Positions 36,601 through 49,500 of a stretch of 64,000 nucleotides of DNA are shown in pieces. The notes beneath the pieces are model-generated. The model saw only the letters and a program-made list of their open reading frames with translations. It made no database searches and was not told the origin of the DNA. How positions within the stretch are numbered: position 1 is the first letter of the stretch; each line of letters starts with the position of its first letter. The stretch spans positions 12,191,563 to 12,255,562 of the forward strand of contig CM085492.1 in the NCBI GenBank assembly GCA_041753875.1, given 5' to 3'. The stretch comes from Acanthopagrus schlegelii (Eukaryota). Position numbers and translations under genes: made by a program.

Positions 36601-39600
36601 CATTAGGCGTACGTTGTACTGGCGTGTAAGCGGGGGCTTGCTTCACTCTCCCTGTCATCCTCCTGGGGTTGTGTGGGCAGGCCTTGGATCCCGGACTGAT
36701 CTCAAGATGTTGCAGTCTGGTCGGGGAGAGAAAAAGTGCTACCAGCAGGGTCGATGGAAGGCTTTTGGGGCCGAAGCAGAATCCGATAAGACGTACTCCT
36801 ATCAACCCCCCACGCGGCACTTAACAAAATGAAAGAGTGGGTTTGAGTTTCCTAAACACGGGGAGTTCACTTTGTTTTTCTGGAGTCATTCGGGTTATTT
36901 AGGGGCTCTGTGGTGACTGAGGGCTCCAAAGCAGCGATTCATCTTGCTACCGGCTGTAACTTATCTGCCTACCGTTCAGCCACTATGCATCCGTAATGTT
37001 TCCACGTTATAGTGTGGCAAAAATGCAAGACATTTGATGATGACGATGTTGTAAACCATGCAAGTGACCTACCTGCGTGATCCTCACAACGGTGTAGGCC
37101 ACTTGCAGCCTGTCAGCGGCTGGTGGAGGTGGCAATGTAGCAAATTCCCAGCTGTAGTTTACCCAGTAAACACCCCCGCCCTGCATCCTCGACTCACATC
37201 TGTGTCTCTGAGCAAGGTGGAGTGGACAGGCCAAGTGTCCGCATGGAGGGTTTGCACTTCACACCTCCATGCACACTCCTGCAGATAAAAGCAGCTCCAG
37301 ACGATGGATTGTTAAACCCAGGAAAACCAGGGCTCAACTCTGCTCAAGAGAGACTGCAAAAAGCTGGAGTGGCCAGTGTGTTTGCTGGGGAAACTACAGG
37401 TCACAATCCCCTGCAAGGTGTGGTGTCGTATTAAGACAAAGTCAAGTTCATAAAAAACTGAACAGAAGATTATTTTGCTGAACAAAATGTTTAAGTATCA
37501 AGAAATTGCATTTGCCACAGAACTTATTTTCTGCAATTATTTAGAACTTGTAAAGTTTGAATTTTTAGCTTTATAATTCAAATGTGTGGTGTTTACCAAC
37601 ATAATTTGTGTAATAGAACAAAACGTGACAATCTTTTGTTTTCAGGCAATCCTTAAAACCCTCTGACTTCAAGAAGAGGGAACCTGAAGTGCAAAAATGC
37701 TAACATATTTCAGGATTTCAGGACTCACTCCTGAATTCCATCGTGTAGTACAAGGTAATGGTGCATTTGATTCAGTAGCCTTTCACTAAAACCTTTAGTC
37801 AGATCACAAAGTCATCAAACTGAATAAACACCTGATGACGTTTACATCACATGATACTGACAGTCAAAGTGAGTGCTAAAAGCTTTCCTAACTTTACTGT
37901 TTCTTTACTTTTCCAGACCTTTTCTCTCCTTCATGAACTTTGGAAATAAGGGAAGTTGTGCCAGAAACCCCTGTTCAAACTCAACCAAAGCCAACATTAA
38001 TCACTTTCGAAACAGCTAATTTCCTCATCAAAAATGGAGGACTGGCATTTTCAGATGTATCCACTCCGTTTTTAAAGGTTTTGTTGAGAGAAAGATACAT
38101 GATCAAGGTCAAGGTTCAAGGTCAAAAACAGGATTGCACAAGGAAATGCAGTCGTAGCCTCCAGCAGCATTCACACACAGAAGATGCAAAAACAAATATT
38201 AATTTTGAGCAAGAATAAAAAGATAATTAGGCACAACAACAGGAGCAAAGAGTTGGAATAATGAGGTAACTCAGTAAAGCTGAACCTGTGTTTGAGAAAT
38301 GGTGAAGGTTCCATATGTATGGACATCTTCTGTGGGTGAGACACAGAGTCTCTCTAGAAATGGAAAGGTTTCGTGGAATTGTGAAGCTGTATTGTTGAAT
38401 GGCTAGCAAATTGTTGCGACGTGATGGATGAGTGCAACACACAGGAGGAACTGCCCAGTGTCAAGTTTATGGGAGGAGGAGAAACAGAACAACTTGGTTC
38501 CTACAGTCGTGGCGCCATCGTGTGGTGGATGGCCAAAGAGTTTTGCTGTACATTTCCTCAACAGTCGGGGTGCTTCCATTAACTCTCATTGTGTAACTTG
38601 TGCTCCAGTGTCGTTTTCCCTGTAAACTCAAAAACAGCAGAACATTTTTCAGACATGTTAACAAACAAACATACATTCAGGCTTCAGGTGAATACAACGA
38701 TATTGTCCTGCCAAATGTTATCATTTTCCTTTCAGTATATAATTATAGTATTTAATTGTATTTGTATTTCATGTTGATTAGTGGTATGAACAGTATGAAA
38801 TTCCTCTGACATTTCCCTTTGGTATGACTGCTGGCGTGGCTGTTTTAACAGGGCTACCTCTGCCTGGCTACTGTCCCGAGAAAAAACAACCATCAGAATC
38901 TCAACTGGACCTGTACACCGTGACCCCAGCGATACGAAAAGGCTGAATAAAACACCTGGTTGTCTTTATAAGCAGGCAGGTTTCGTAACTTACTGATGTA
39001 GCAGAAAGAATGCCGGCTTTGAGCCGCCTCCAGTCCAGGTGGTGAGGGGAAACACATACCAGCATGGGAACAGACTTTGATGCACCACCGGCGCTCATTC
39101 GTGTGAATACCTAATAGTTTGCTCTCGTTTTATCTTTGGTTTGTATGTCCTCCACTTTTCTCCTTCTTTGCCTTTCTTTCTTCCAGCGAGGGTTCTTTTT
39201 TTTTTTTTAAGTTTCCACAGTTGTTCCAGTTGTTACACCTTCACCTGGGGATATCGACCAGGGAAAACAATGTCTCATCATGTTTGAGTTGTGAATTGGC
39301 CCCATTTGTCCTTTGTGTTTTAACATTGAAAGCAGGTTTATACGGAACAAAACTACACATGGGTGGTGTATTAGTATTCACTACAGAATGATAAGTAAAG
39401 AGTAGAATAAGGTTGTCTACCACCAGTTTAAGTTCATATTTCACCCGTTATGAGCACTGCAGTGAGAAAATAAAACATTTAATTCATTTGATTCCTTAAA
39501 CATGTTATTTAAGAGACATGAAGTCAGTAAATGTGCTTGTTTAACACCCAACATATCTACCTCATAGGACTTCTGATGCAGAAACACCTCCAGAAAATCA

Positions 39601-40369
39601 AAGAACACACTTCAGGGAACAGGTTAATACCTGTTTTTTCTTCAGAAATGAATCCACTGATCAAGCTGCAAATACGCTGCCAGCAGGAGCCTTGCCAAAA
39701 AGAAGTTGAGGGATGAACAACGTGCATTTTCTGGAGGAGTTTCTTCATCAGAAGTCATATGAGGTAGATACTGGCATAGTCTGGCACCAAAGTGAGGTCT
39801 GGTAATACAATGACCCTTCCTTCTTTTTTAGGTTCCTTGGTTTGTATCAGGAAAAAGAAACTATGCTAGCGGCGCCCTGAGATGGTCAGAGCTTTGTCCT
39901 GTGACCAAAACCGACTTACTCAAGAAGATAGTTCCTACATGAAACTGCTCCAATAAGGGTCTGTGGATTATCTTACAGTTTTTTTCCAGTTGTTAAAACA
40001 CAATTTTGCAAACTAGGCTGGTTTTATCAAAATACTCAACGCAATTCACAAAACCACACACCCAAACTGCAAAATACCTCATATATCCTGCAAAATGAAG
40101 CACTGCAACCAAAGCTCCACATAACATTATCAAAATCAAACTTTCGCACCCAACGGCGCACACTTCATTCATATTACCATATTTTTGTCAAACCAGCTAC
40201 AAACTGTTGGGCATAATGAAAAGCACTCTCATCTTCAGCATGCTTTGCCATAATACTAAAATCGTTCACATTGTAGAGAATTCTTGAGATTGTTCACATG
40301 CACAGAAATATTTGCAGATACACACACATGCTGTTGAAGCATTTTATTTTTTATTTTTCACCAAACAAG

Positions 40370-40610
40370 TCAGTGCAACATATGCACAGCAGATATATTT
40401 ATATTGGAGTGGACGAAAATATGCCCACTAAACAGAAAAATGAAAATTGCAGAAAACGGGAGAGGCTTCACTCTCTGTCCAGCCTCTCGCGGTGTCAGCC
40501 CATGGTTGATGACATGATCAGTTAAGGCTGCTCTGATTTCATCTGAAAGTTGTTGTCTTCTTTGGCCATGACCTCCTCTACCAGCTCTACCTCTCACCCC
40601 CCCCCCCCCA
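40370..40610 (-). other. Short ORF remnant (RGRAGRGGHGQRRQQLSDEIRAALTDHVINHGLTPREAGQRV) resembling an N-terminal HTH of a Tc1/mariner-type transposase, adjacent to a C13 tract
   Basis: Minus ORF 40370..40597; RG-rich plus LSDEIRA…IDHV…G.S.REAG pattern recalls Pax-like transposase HTH; no TIRs identified. Confidence 0.25.
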
Positions 40611-43600
40611 CATTCTCACCCTCCCTCCTCCGTCTGCCATTGCTGTTGGGAAAAAAAATGCTATGCATGTCATTTTAGTGTGTTAGCAATTGGAAAGAAC
40701 TGTAAGTAATCATGTTATCTGGAAAGAGACATTGCTATAGAGTTGTTCAAATGTTATTTTTGGTGCTTTGAGCATCACAAGTCTGAGAGCTGAGACATCT
40801 CTATAGCGGATATTTCCAAAACTGTCCAACTCACAACACAAGATGGACCAGTTTTACTAGTAAGAGGAAGAGCATGTATTTCTGATTTGGGGGTGAGCTG
40901 TCCCTTTCAGAGCCCTTAGCTGATGTTTTAGAGCTTCTGAGTGGATATCATATAACCATCAGGTGAAGTTATCTGTCCATCTCCACTGTGTAAGCGTGAA
41001 ACTACATGAATAGGAGCCATGATGTCACTGAACATGTTCGGCAGACCTTCCCTGAAGGAATGCTCATCCTGCTCATCTTCAGATTTGGGCTTCCTCCTCA
41101 TCTTTCCGCTTCTTCCAGCATTCCCGTCAGAGCTGGAGACTTGTATGAACTAGTTAGTGTGCGTGCGTTTTCCTGTGCGTGTGTGTATTTGCTATATGCA
41201 TGCATGTTTGCGCCTGTATGCTCAGCATGCACGACACAGGAAGCTTGCGCAAGAATTTGAATCACCTACTCTCCCCTGTGCCTTTGGATTATGCAACAAT
41301 TGACTCACAGATCCTGGAAAGCGTCTCGGGAGATGGAAGTGTGCATTTTGATACTTGACAGTGGGACGTGATCTCAGGGGAAAAAATCCATGTATCTTTA
41401 TAAACATCCTGTCGTGCATTTAGTGTTAAAGCACAGGTCTTTGAGATACGCTCCACAGGATGATCATATATGGAGATTCATACAGATGACTTCTGATGGA
41501 GGGAGAGTGAGAGTCTGACGGAATGACACACCTCTCTGCCTCCCTCGCTCTTACCACAGCGTGTTGCAGCCTGTGTCAGGATGTGATTCAGTTTATTATG
41601 GACTGAGCTCACGGAGGCTGTCGCGCAAGGGACGGGAGAGGCCTCTCAGACAGTCAGAGAGGAGAGCAGCAGTGGGATAACTGAATCTGAAACACGTCAC
41701 AGAGAGACATCGCACCCAGAAAGGTCTGTAACTCTCAGCACCTTGATTTCTTTGACTTACCGCAGCCAGATTGGACCAACTTTTGCCTCTTTCCCATTCC
41801 TTCTTCCACCTTAAAATAATAATTCACTTTTCTTGACTTGCGCGGAGTGTTTTTTGACAAACCTGTGACTCATTATTTCAAAACTCTGAACTGCAGGCTC
41901 GTTCACAGCTATCACCCTACTGGCGGGAACACAAGCAGTGTTGTGGTGGTTTTCCAATTCTTGTCGAACGCTTTATTTTACGACGTTTGATTTAGTCGTT
42001 TTCGACCCAAACTATTGCTCTCCGTCGTCCAAAATCATTTACATGCTGTATCTTTACCCACTTTGTCGGTTTCTCTTGTGCAAGTTGAATTGAATTACAT
42101 CACCTTACTTTTTGTTTTTTTCCTCAGCACACTTTGTCCATCACAACAGTATATCTATGGCGTAAGTCCCTTGCAACATGAGGTAGTAATTTGCTGATTT
42201 CTGTGTTTTCTTCTGTGGGCTGGAGCAGCATCGCAATGACCTGTTTTTTTTTTTTTATCATTAACAGTTTTCTTGTCACTTCTGAGTAACAATGCTATCA
42301 CCTGAAAGCATCAAAGCATTGTTACAACTCGGCTTTCTCTTACATTTTTTGTTAATGGTGTAAGACGGGCCTTGATTCGCTTTGTTTACTCGCTCACTCT
42401 CGTATAAAGCCATCAGGGGAAACATAAACAGTTTGCTTTCGTGGGACCAGAGCAAGGAAATTGGTACTTAATAAGGAAACAAGGACATGATGTTCTCATG
42501 AAGGGAAATCTGGTTATGGAGAGATTGTCTCATCTTTGAACCAATTAAATTCTCTCATTTTCAGAATACGTTGGTCAAGGATGCAGCCTTCTGGGACCTC
42601 TACTTTGTATGGGACTGATTTACCATTGTGCTCAATGAGAAGGGGTCCAATCAAGAGTTAGAAATTAGGACAACGAAAAAAAAAAGAAAAGTGAATCAAA
42701 GACTGTGTCGAAATCCTCCTCTATGACACTGTGCTGCCAGTGTTTGGCGTGTTTTAGCACGCTGCCTCTGAGTTAAACTACACTGTTGCCTAGAGGGTCT
42801 GATGTGAATACTTTAGAGGCTGCGTCAGGATGGCAACCATCCTTTAATTCTTGAAACAACTTGTGTACCCTGAGTGAATAATGTTTTCATCACCAGGCAT
42901 TAATCCCGAGCATTCTGTCGTAAAGGTATTTTCCATCACTTTCCCCCCCCCCCTTTTCTACTACCTCTTTTCTTTATTCACCGTTAGAAGCCATTTCCCT
43001 AAAGAGTCGATTCTTTTTTACAGCCAGTTCCTGTTGACATTTGATGTAACAGCGGTCCACTTCACAAAAGCGTGCAGACATATCGTGAGTGTCAGCCCGC
43101 CACGGTTTTGTCACAAGTTGTTTTTGAAGCCGACTGTTGCGGATGGCGACAGAAGAGCAACGATCTTGCACACTATATTTTTAGCAAGCCTTTAAAAGAG
43201 ATAATGTCTGAAATCTGGTTTCAGTCTCAAACTGGGCTTTTTGAAAAAACAATTATCAAAAAAACTTAACAATAATAATATTCATAGGATAAGTTACTGA
43301 TAATGCCTTACTTGCCGCATACTTCAGCATAGATCTGATTAGTGACCACTACCACAGACAAGAACAATCGTACCATCAGTCTTGGAGATATAAGATCCCA
43401 CAGAGGATAAACAGACATTTAAGTAAATCTTTTTTCATTCACTGTGGAAAGTACGGAAGCAACTTTTTAAGCCATTTTTTTATTTCCTCTAAAATATCCA
43501 CCCTGTTTTTTTTTTACTACTTACATTACAACTACTAGTTATTTCACAACTATCGTCCATTATGTCAAAATCATTCAAAGGTTTCCTTGAAATGAGGGTC

Positions 43601-44315
43601 ATAATCATGATTAATCATAATTTTAAAATAAAGAAACTAAGTAGACATGAGAAAGGCGTCAACATTTTCAGGAACAATAGAAGAATTTAACCAAAAGCCA
43701 AAAGGAAACCCTAATATTGCAATATAAAGAATACAAAATGTATCTGGTTGTTAACTATCACCCCCATATTGGGAAATGTATATTAGCAGCAATTTATTGT
43801 TATCTGTGAAATTACAGCTGATAAATAAACACAATAATAATACAAAGTCGAACTCCTTTTATTAACTTAACAAGCGCGGCATCTTCACTCTGCCACACAG
43901 TGGGTGGTGGTTGGGAAAGAGAAAGAAGGAGAAGAAGAACAAGCACAGCACGCAACACATGTTCAATGGTTCAGAGAGGAGGGGAAAAGTCTGCAAGCTT
44001 TAACACAACAAATCTTATTGAGCTGTGGAGCGGGAACACGTGGGCCTGGACAAATTCCGTTGGCGGGCAAATCTTATTGGTTTGAACAGGCGCAAAGTTT
44101 GTGTCTGGTATCTCGTTCATCTGTACAAATCTATGGGACTCTTTGAAAGTCTGCTTGAGGCTCCTTGAGGTCTGGAAGAAACAACCCACAGCACTTGCAG
44201 ACAGCAAAGTCTAAATATGCAGCAGTACTGAGGCCCCTTTCCTTTTAGATTACAGCAAAACATATTGAGGTTCTAACTTTTGTCTCTCCCAATCAGGATC
44301 AAAACTCCTTCGAGC

Positions 44316-44891
44316 ATGAGCGCCAACGATAACTGTACCTCTTTCCCGGACTGTGACGGAAACCCTGAGGAAGAGAGCGTTGTGAGCAATGACTTCTCCA
44401 CCGCCTTAGGTGCCTTCATCCTCAGCTTAGTCTTCCTCCTGGGCGTCCCTGGCAACCTCTTCATCGTCTGGAGCATCCTGGCACGCATCCGACGACGCTC
44501 AGTCACCACCCTCCTCATCCTTAACCTGGCGTGTGCCGATGGCCTTCTCATGGCCCTCACCATCTTCTTCATCGTCTACCTGGCCAAGCAGACGTGGGTC
44601 TTTGGCGGAGTCATGTGTAAAGGCCTGTTCTACCTGTGCAACTCCAACATGTACGCCTCCATCTTTCTGATCACGTTAATGAGCGTGCACAGGCTGGTGG
44701 TCGTGGTGTTTCCGAGGAGAGTGTCAGCTAAGCTCACCAGGAGGCTTATGACGAGGGTGATCGCGGGCATGTGGGTGCTGGTGTTCCTGTTTGCAATACC
44801 TTCGATCGTGTTCCGAGAAGTGAGGGAGGACAAAGATGACAAAAACAGATTAAGATTGGTGTGTGCACCCAATCACACCCTGCCTACATAT
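44316..44891 (+). CDS. ltb4r: Leukotriene B4 receptor-like GPCR exon 1 (MSANDNCTSF … TM1-TM4 … CAPNHTLPTY)
   Basis: Matches human LTB4R ([33 protein letters not shown]…QGTWSFG…MYASVLLITAMS); closer to BLT1 than BLT2; donor TAT|gtaagt. Confidence 0.85.
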
Positions 44892-45467
44892 GTAAGTACA
44901 CTGGGACTGCAGTTATTTCCATTATGGTAAATGCATTACCGACCACTGAAACACTAACAGTAGCGACTGGGTTGTTGCAAAACTCTGACGAATCATAATC
45001 ATTTCCCCACTTCCCCATACTCAAAAAGATGAAGGTTAGTGAAATTCTGGAGGGAGATCGGGCCATTTTTCAAGGCTAAACAACATATTTGACCCATCCC
45101 ATTAGCTAACCTTAGCATTCAACCACTTCATACTAACATTACTGTTTGATTAAATCCAGTGTGTATCAAAACAGTTACAGAGCTAAAGAATGGAGAAAGA
45201 CACTTTTTTTAAAAAAATCTCTTTTGAGTTTTGCCATGAACTACAAATCACACCTTTTAAGCCAACATAGATGCTAACTGACTATCTGTCTGCTCAAGAA
45301 CAGCTTATGCCACCAACTCTTTGTTTTATAAATGCAAACATCTGACATGTTTTTTTTTGTATTGCTGTCATCCTACCCTGCCCTGTTCGGACAGTTCCAT
45401 TCATGTCTACAGAGGAGTGTGGAGTCATTTCAGTGAGCACATCTGTTTTGTATCCCTGTGCGTGCAG

Positions 45468-45670
45468 GTGAGGTTTCAGTATGCCTTTGAGACGGTGTCG
45501 GGATTCATTCTTCCTTACACAATCATCATAATCAGCTACATGCTCATCCTGAGACGCCTGAAGCAGACCAAGTTCCGCAGGAATGTCCGCAGCGAGAAAC
45601 TCATCCTGGCTATCGTGGTGATGTTTGGCCTGTTCTGGCTGCCATACCATGTCATCAACATGATACAGGT
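45468..45670 (+). CDS. ltb4r: LTB4R-like exon 2 (VRFQYAFETVSGFILPYTIIIISYMLILRRLKQTKFRRNVRSEKLILAIVVMFGLFWLPYHVINMIQ; TM5-TM6)
   Basis: Matches FHLIFEAVTGFLLPF…FWLPYHVVNL; acceptor gcgtgcag|; donor placed at GT|gtgtga to keep phase with exon 3. Confidence 0.75.
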
Positions 45671-46257
45671 GTGTGATGGCACACGAAACACTCTTTTCTG
45701 ATTTAATCTAATCATCCTGATCGTTTGAATGAACACTGAGTCTGTTTTGATCAAGGTGGCGGCTGAGTGGTTCACTCCTGATTCACCTGAAAGAGATAAG
45801 TGAGTATTAACATTTTCACCAACTTATTTTCATTGACAAACAGTTCTTCCACAAAAGAAACAGTAGGAGGTATTAATTCTCAGTATTAAAACTGTAGTCA
45901 TGTTTATTTGTGATTTCTATATTGTGTTTCTATATTGTGACTTTTTAGTCATTTCGTGTGTCTTTGTGGTCTTTTTATTGGGGGGCCGTTTTGTGTCTTG
46001 CAGTTGTTTTGTTTCTATTTTATAGTTCTTTTTGTTGCTGTTTTCATTTTGTATGTCTTTCTAGTTATTCTGTCTCTTGTGGCTATATTGTGTCTCTTTG
46101 TAGTTGTTTTGTGTTGGGGGTTCGTCAGTAATACATCTTTGAAAGTATTATACTTTTTCATAGTCAAGTGAATTAAATAAAATTGTGTCTTTAAACATAC
46201 AGTATAAACACATTATATAGTTGTAGCTGAGGTACTTAATACTCTGTTCATCTGCAG

Positions 46258-46522
46258 GTTGGAACATATTTATACATCCAGTCGTGCAGTGACCTCGGCT
46301 TTGGCCTTCATCAGCAGCTGTGCCAATCCTGTCCTCTACACCTTCGCTGGGAAGTCCTACATCCGGCGGAACGGCTTCGCCTTCATGGCTAGGCTCTTTG
46401 AAGGCGCATCTCTGGACTCAGCGGGAACCAAAACGAGTCGGGTCATGGCTAAAGACAATGTGGGAAACAGCACTGTTGACTCAAGCAGCCAAGTAAATAC
46501 TACTTCACTCAATGGGATGTGA
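46258..46522 (+). CDS. ltb4r: LTB4R-like exon 3 (…ALAFISSCANPVLYTFAGKSYIRRNGFAFMARLFEGASLDS…*; TM7 NPxxY and C-tail)
   Basis: Matches ALAFLSSSVNPVLYACAG…FVAKLLEGTGSEASS; acceptor tcatctgcag|; stop at 46520-46522. Confidence 0.8.
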
Positions 46523-49500
46523 ACGCTGAATGAACTTTGGGCCTAAATGAGAGAAAATGTATAGAACTACGTAGGAGTGTGTATATCTTGGGTAAAGCAA
46601 CATTTGTGACTGCCTTTGCTGTTATTAAAAATATGGACAATGCCAGTACCAGCTTAGAGCTGATCATCAGGTATTCTGTTTTGCAGATAGTTTGTGATGA
46701 ATGAAACAAAGCTTTGGCTGGATGTCAGTGGTGCAGCACAAGAAAAGTAATTGTTTATCTTTGGTATGTAAATATTCTTTATAAATTTATTTTTATTACA
46801 TTTTGTGTCAGTTACATAAAATCACACTTGAGAAAGGGAAACAGTTAACTATGAAATAACCACTTAGAATTAGAGCTGTATGTATTTGGAGAGCATCAAT
46901 CTTTAATTTCTCAACAGGTTATCCCTTACTTTACAGCCCCCTATTTACACATTTTTACCAATGTACAGTATTCTTAAGCAATTATAAACACTCCCAGAAA
47001 TGTACAACTGAGTTTAACTGTACTGTTATGTCTTTATACGACAGCATCCACTTATGGTTGCTGGCAAACACATAGTTGTCTAAACACTGTATTAAATGTT
47101 GTTTATACTATTTATAAATGCCAAATACATGCACTTAAAGTTTTGCTAACAGACAAAATAAACTGATGCTTCCACCTTGATGTTTATTATATAGTTTGTG
47201 ACTTTCAGGCCAGAGAGACGGCTAAACCACTTGCATTTTAGTTTTTTCTTTTGCAGTTAATTTAGGTGTTGCATCAAAAACACCAAATACATTTGAACAG
47301 AATCTGGTGCAAGACACAGGAACTGGGCTCCACACTTGAAATACATCTAGATCTGGATTCTGACATGTGGTCAATATCACTGATCTTTTGTAAAATCTAC
47401 CAACTATAAACAAACTGCTCCCAATTGTTTATTCCATACTGAAAACTTAGGGGCCATTTAATACATTTTACAGTTTGATGGCAAGTGGTTTCCTCCTTTC
47501 AAGGCAATAAGCACATGAATCTCAGTTTTCAAAGTCTGATGCACTGAGTTGAAAGCACTGGGATAAGTTTCATTAAGCATGCAATTTCATTGTCCAATAA
47601 AGCAGAACATTTGTTCGAGAGACTCTTTACACACAGACATGTAACCATAACAATCATTGTTGTTGCACCAATGACTGCACCATAGCGGCCTCAGTGTCAG
47701 TGATCTGAAAGATTGTCAAACATAAAGGTTATCTTCAAAATGATATGACAAGCGTTTCCTGTTTATTGAGCCACTCTGCCGGCACACATCTGCACTTTAG
47801 ACTTAGTCTAACTACTGATGGACTGCATGCATATTCTGCATTACCATTTACACCATGTACATGATCTGGGAGAAAAACAAACACAAAAATAGTGTAATCC
47901 TTAACACTTTATTTAGCAATGAATCTCAGTTACAATCATTTCACCAGAGAACTTGTATAGGATGGAGCCTACACGTTATTAGACAGGGTTGTTAACAGAT
48001 TACATCTAGTTGACATTACACAAAGTGTATTATTGGCATCTTTTAAACATCCTGCATGTTGTACAAAGAGCACACCTGTAGTTTGTGCCAGTACTGTGTG
48101 TTAAGGTAATATTAAAACAAAGTAAATGCCAAGTATGCAAAATGCCTTTAACTTAAGTATATTACTTTGGCAACATTCATTTTGAAAATTGCCAAATTTT
48201 CAATGTTTGATCAGATTACACTTCCCTTATGTGCAATCCAGTGATTACATTACTAATTATCAAAATGCTATTACATTTAATAACTTACTACATATCACAA
48301 CCCTTTGAAGAGATAGTAAAGATATTCCATATTTTCAGGATGTAAATCATTTGTGGGTGAACTTGAATTCACAAATTGGGACGATCCAGCCTTGAACGTC
48401 AAAGAGTGTCCCCGTTACCTGTAAAGCAAAAAAGATGAATTAGTCAAACTGAAAGTGTTTGATATTCACTTTATCATCAGTCACCCAAAACTATAGCAAT
48501 AAAAGCCAGACAGTCACTTAATTCAGCAAATTTTAAAAGCCCCCCCCAAAAAAGGGAAGTTCAAAAATGTATATAAATCAAGATACATTACAATGCTTTT
48601 GACATACACACTGGTAATTTTACCATTTCAGAACACCAATACTGACCTGATTCAAGACATTTCCAGTCCAGGCTCGTCAATCCTAGACACACACAAAAAA
48701 AAGAAAAGACACATGAGCGGATAGTCTGAGCTTGCAAACCAATAAACATCCTCACTAGTATTTAAATTGTCAAACCCATCAGTGCAGTGAAAGAATAATC
48801 ATCAGTTTCAGGTGAAACACGGACTCACATGCAAATCATCATTAAGGTTTGACATTATCTAAAGCACTGCATTCGATTTGTTATGTAAAACTGGTTTATG
48901 CAGTCCAACGTAACTGTTCACTTTGAATCAAGTATGACTTCTGGCAATTTTACAAACATTAATGACAATAGTTTATTGCAGCACTGATGTGTCCAGATGC
49001 ATTACTTTTAAAAGATACCCAATTGTCATACTTTTAAGAAATCCAGCTATTTTACTTCTTGACGAGTCTTTAAACAAACAGATCTATAAAACGTACTTTA
49101 CTATCAAATGTAAAGTTCTACCAGCTCATTTTAAGGATCAAATAGCAAAGGAAATTTCTGTGTATAACACATGCGTAATATGGGTTGGCTGATGATCAGA
49201 TCAGACATTAAGCAGCTTCTTTTGTTGTTTTTAACAATAACTGCCGGAACAAATTTTACATTTTGATGTAGGAGGAAATGTGCAGAGTAACTCGACTAAA
49301 ATCTCTCGTCTGATAAATGCAGGACTGAAAAGTATAATATTTGGCCCCAAAAACTGTAGGTAAGTGAAAGTAAACACGAGACTCCAGTATATGCACGCAA
49401 TTACGTAGAGATACTGGCACGTTAATTATCTTTAAACTAACACGAGGCCTGAGGCCTGCCAGATGCACGTGGAAGTTAAAGACAACTAACTTTATATTAA

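Noticed and set aside
44280-44315. ORF-track start of the GPCR at 44280 (MSLPIRIKTPSS…)
   Set aside because: That codon is TTG, not ATG, and lies across the splice acceptor at 44297; the first ATG at 44316 (MSANDNCTSF…) is taken as the start.
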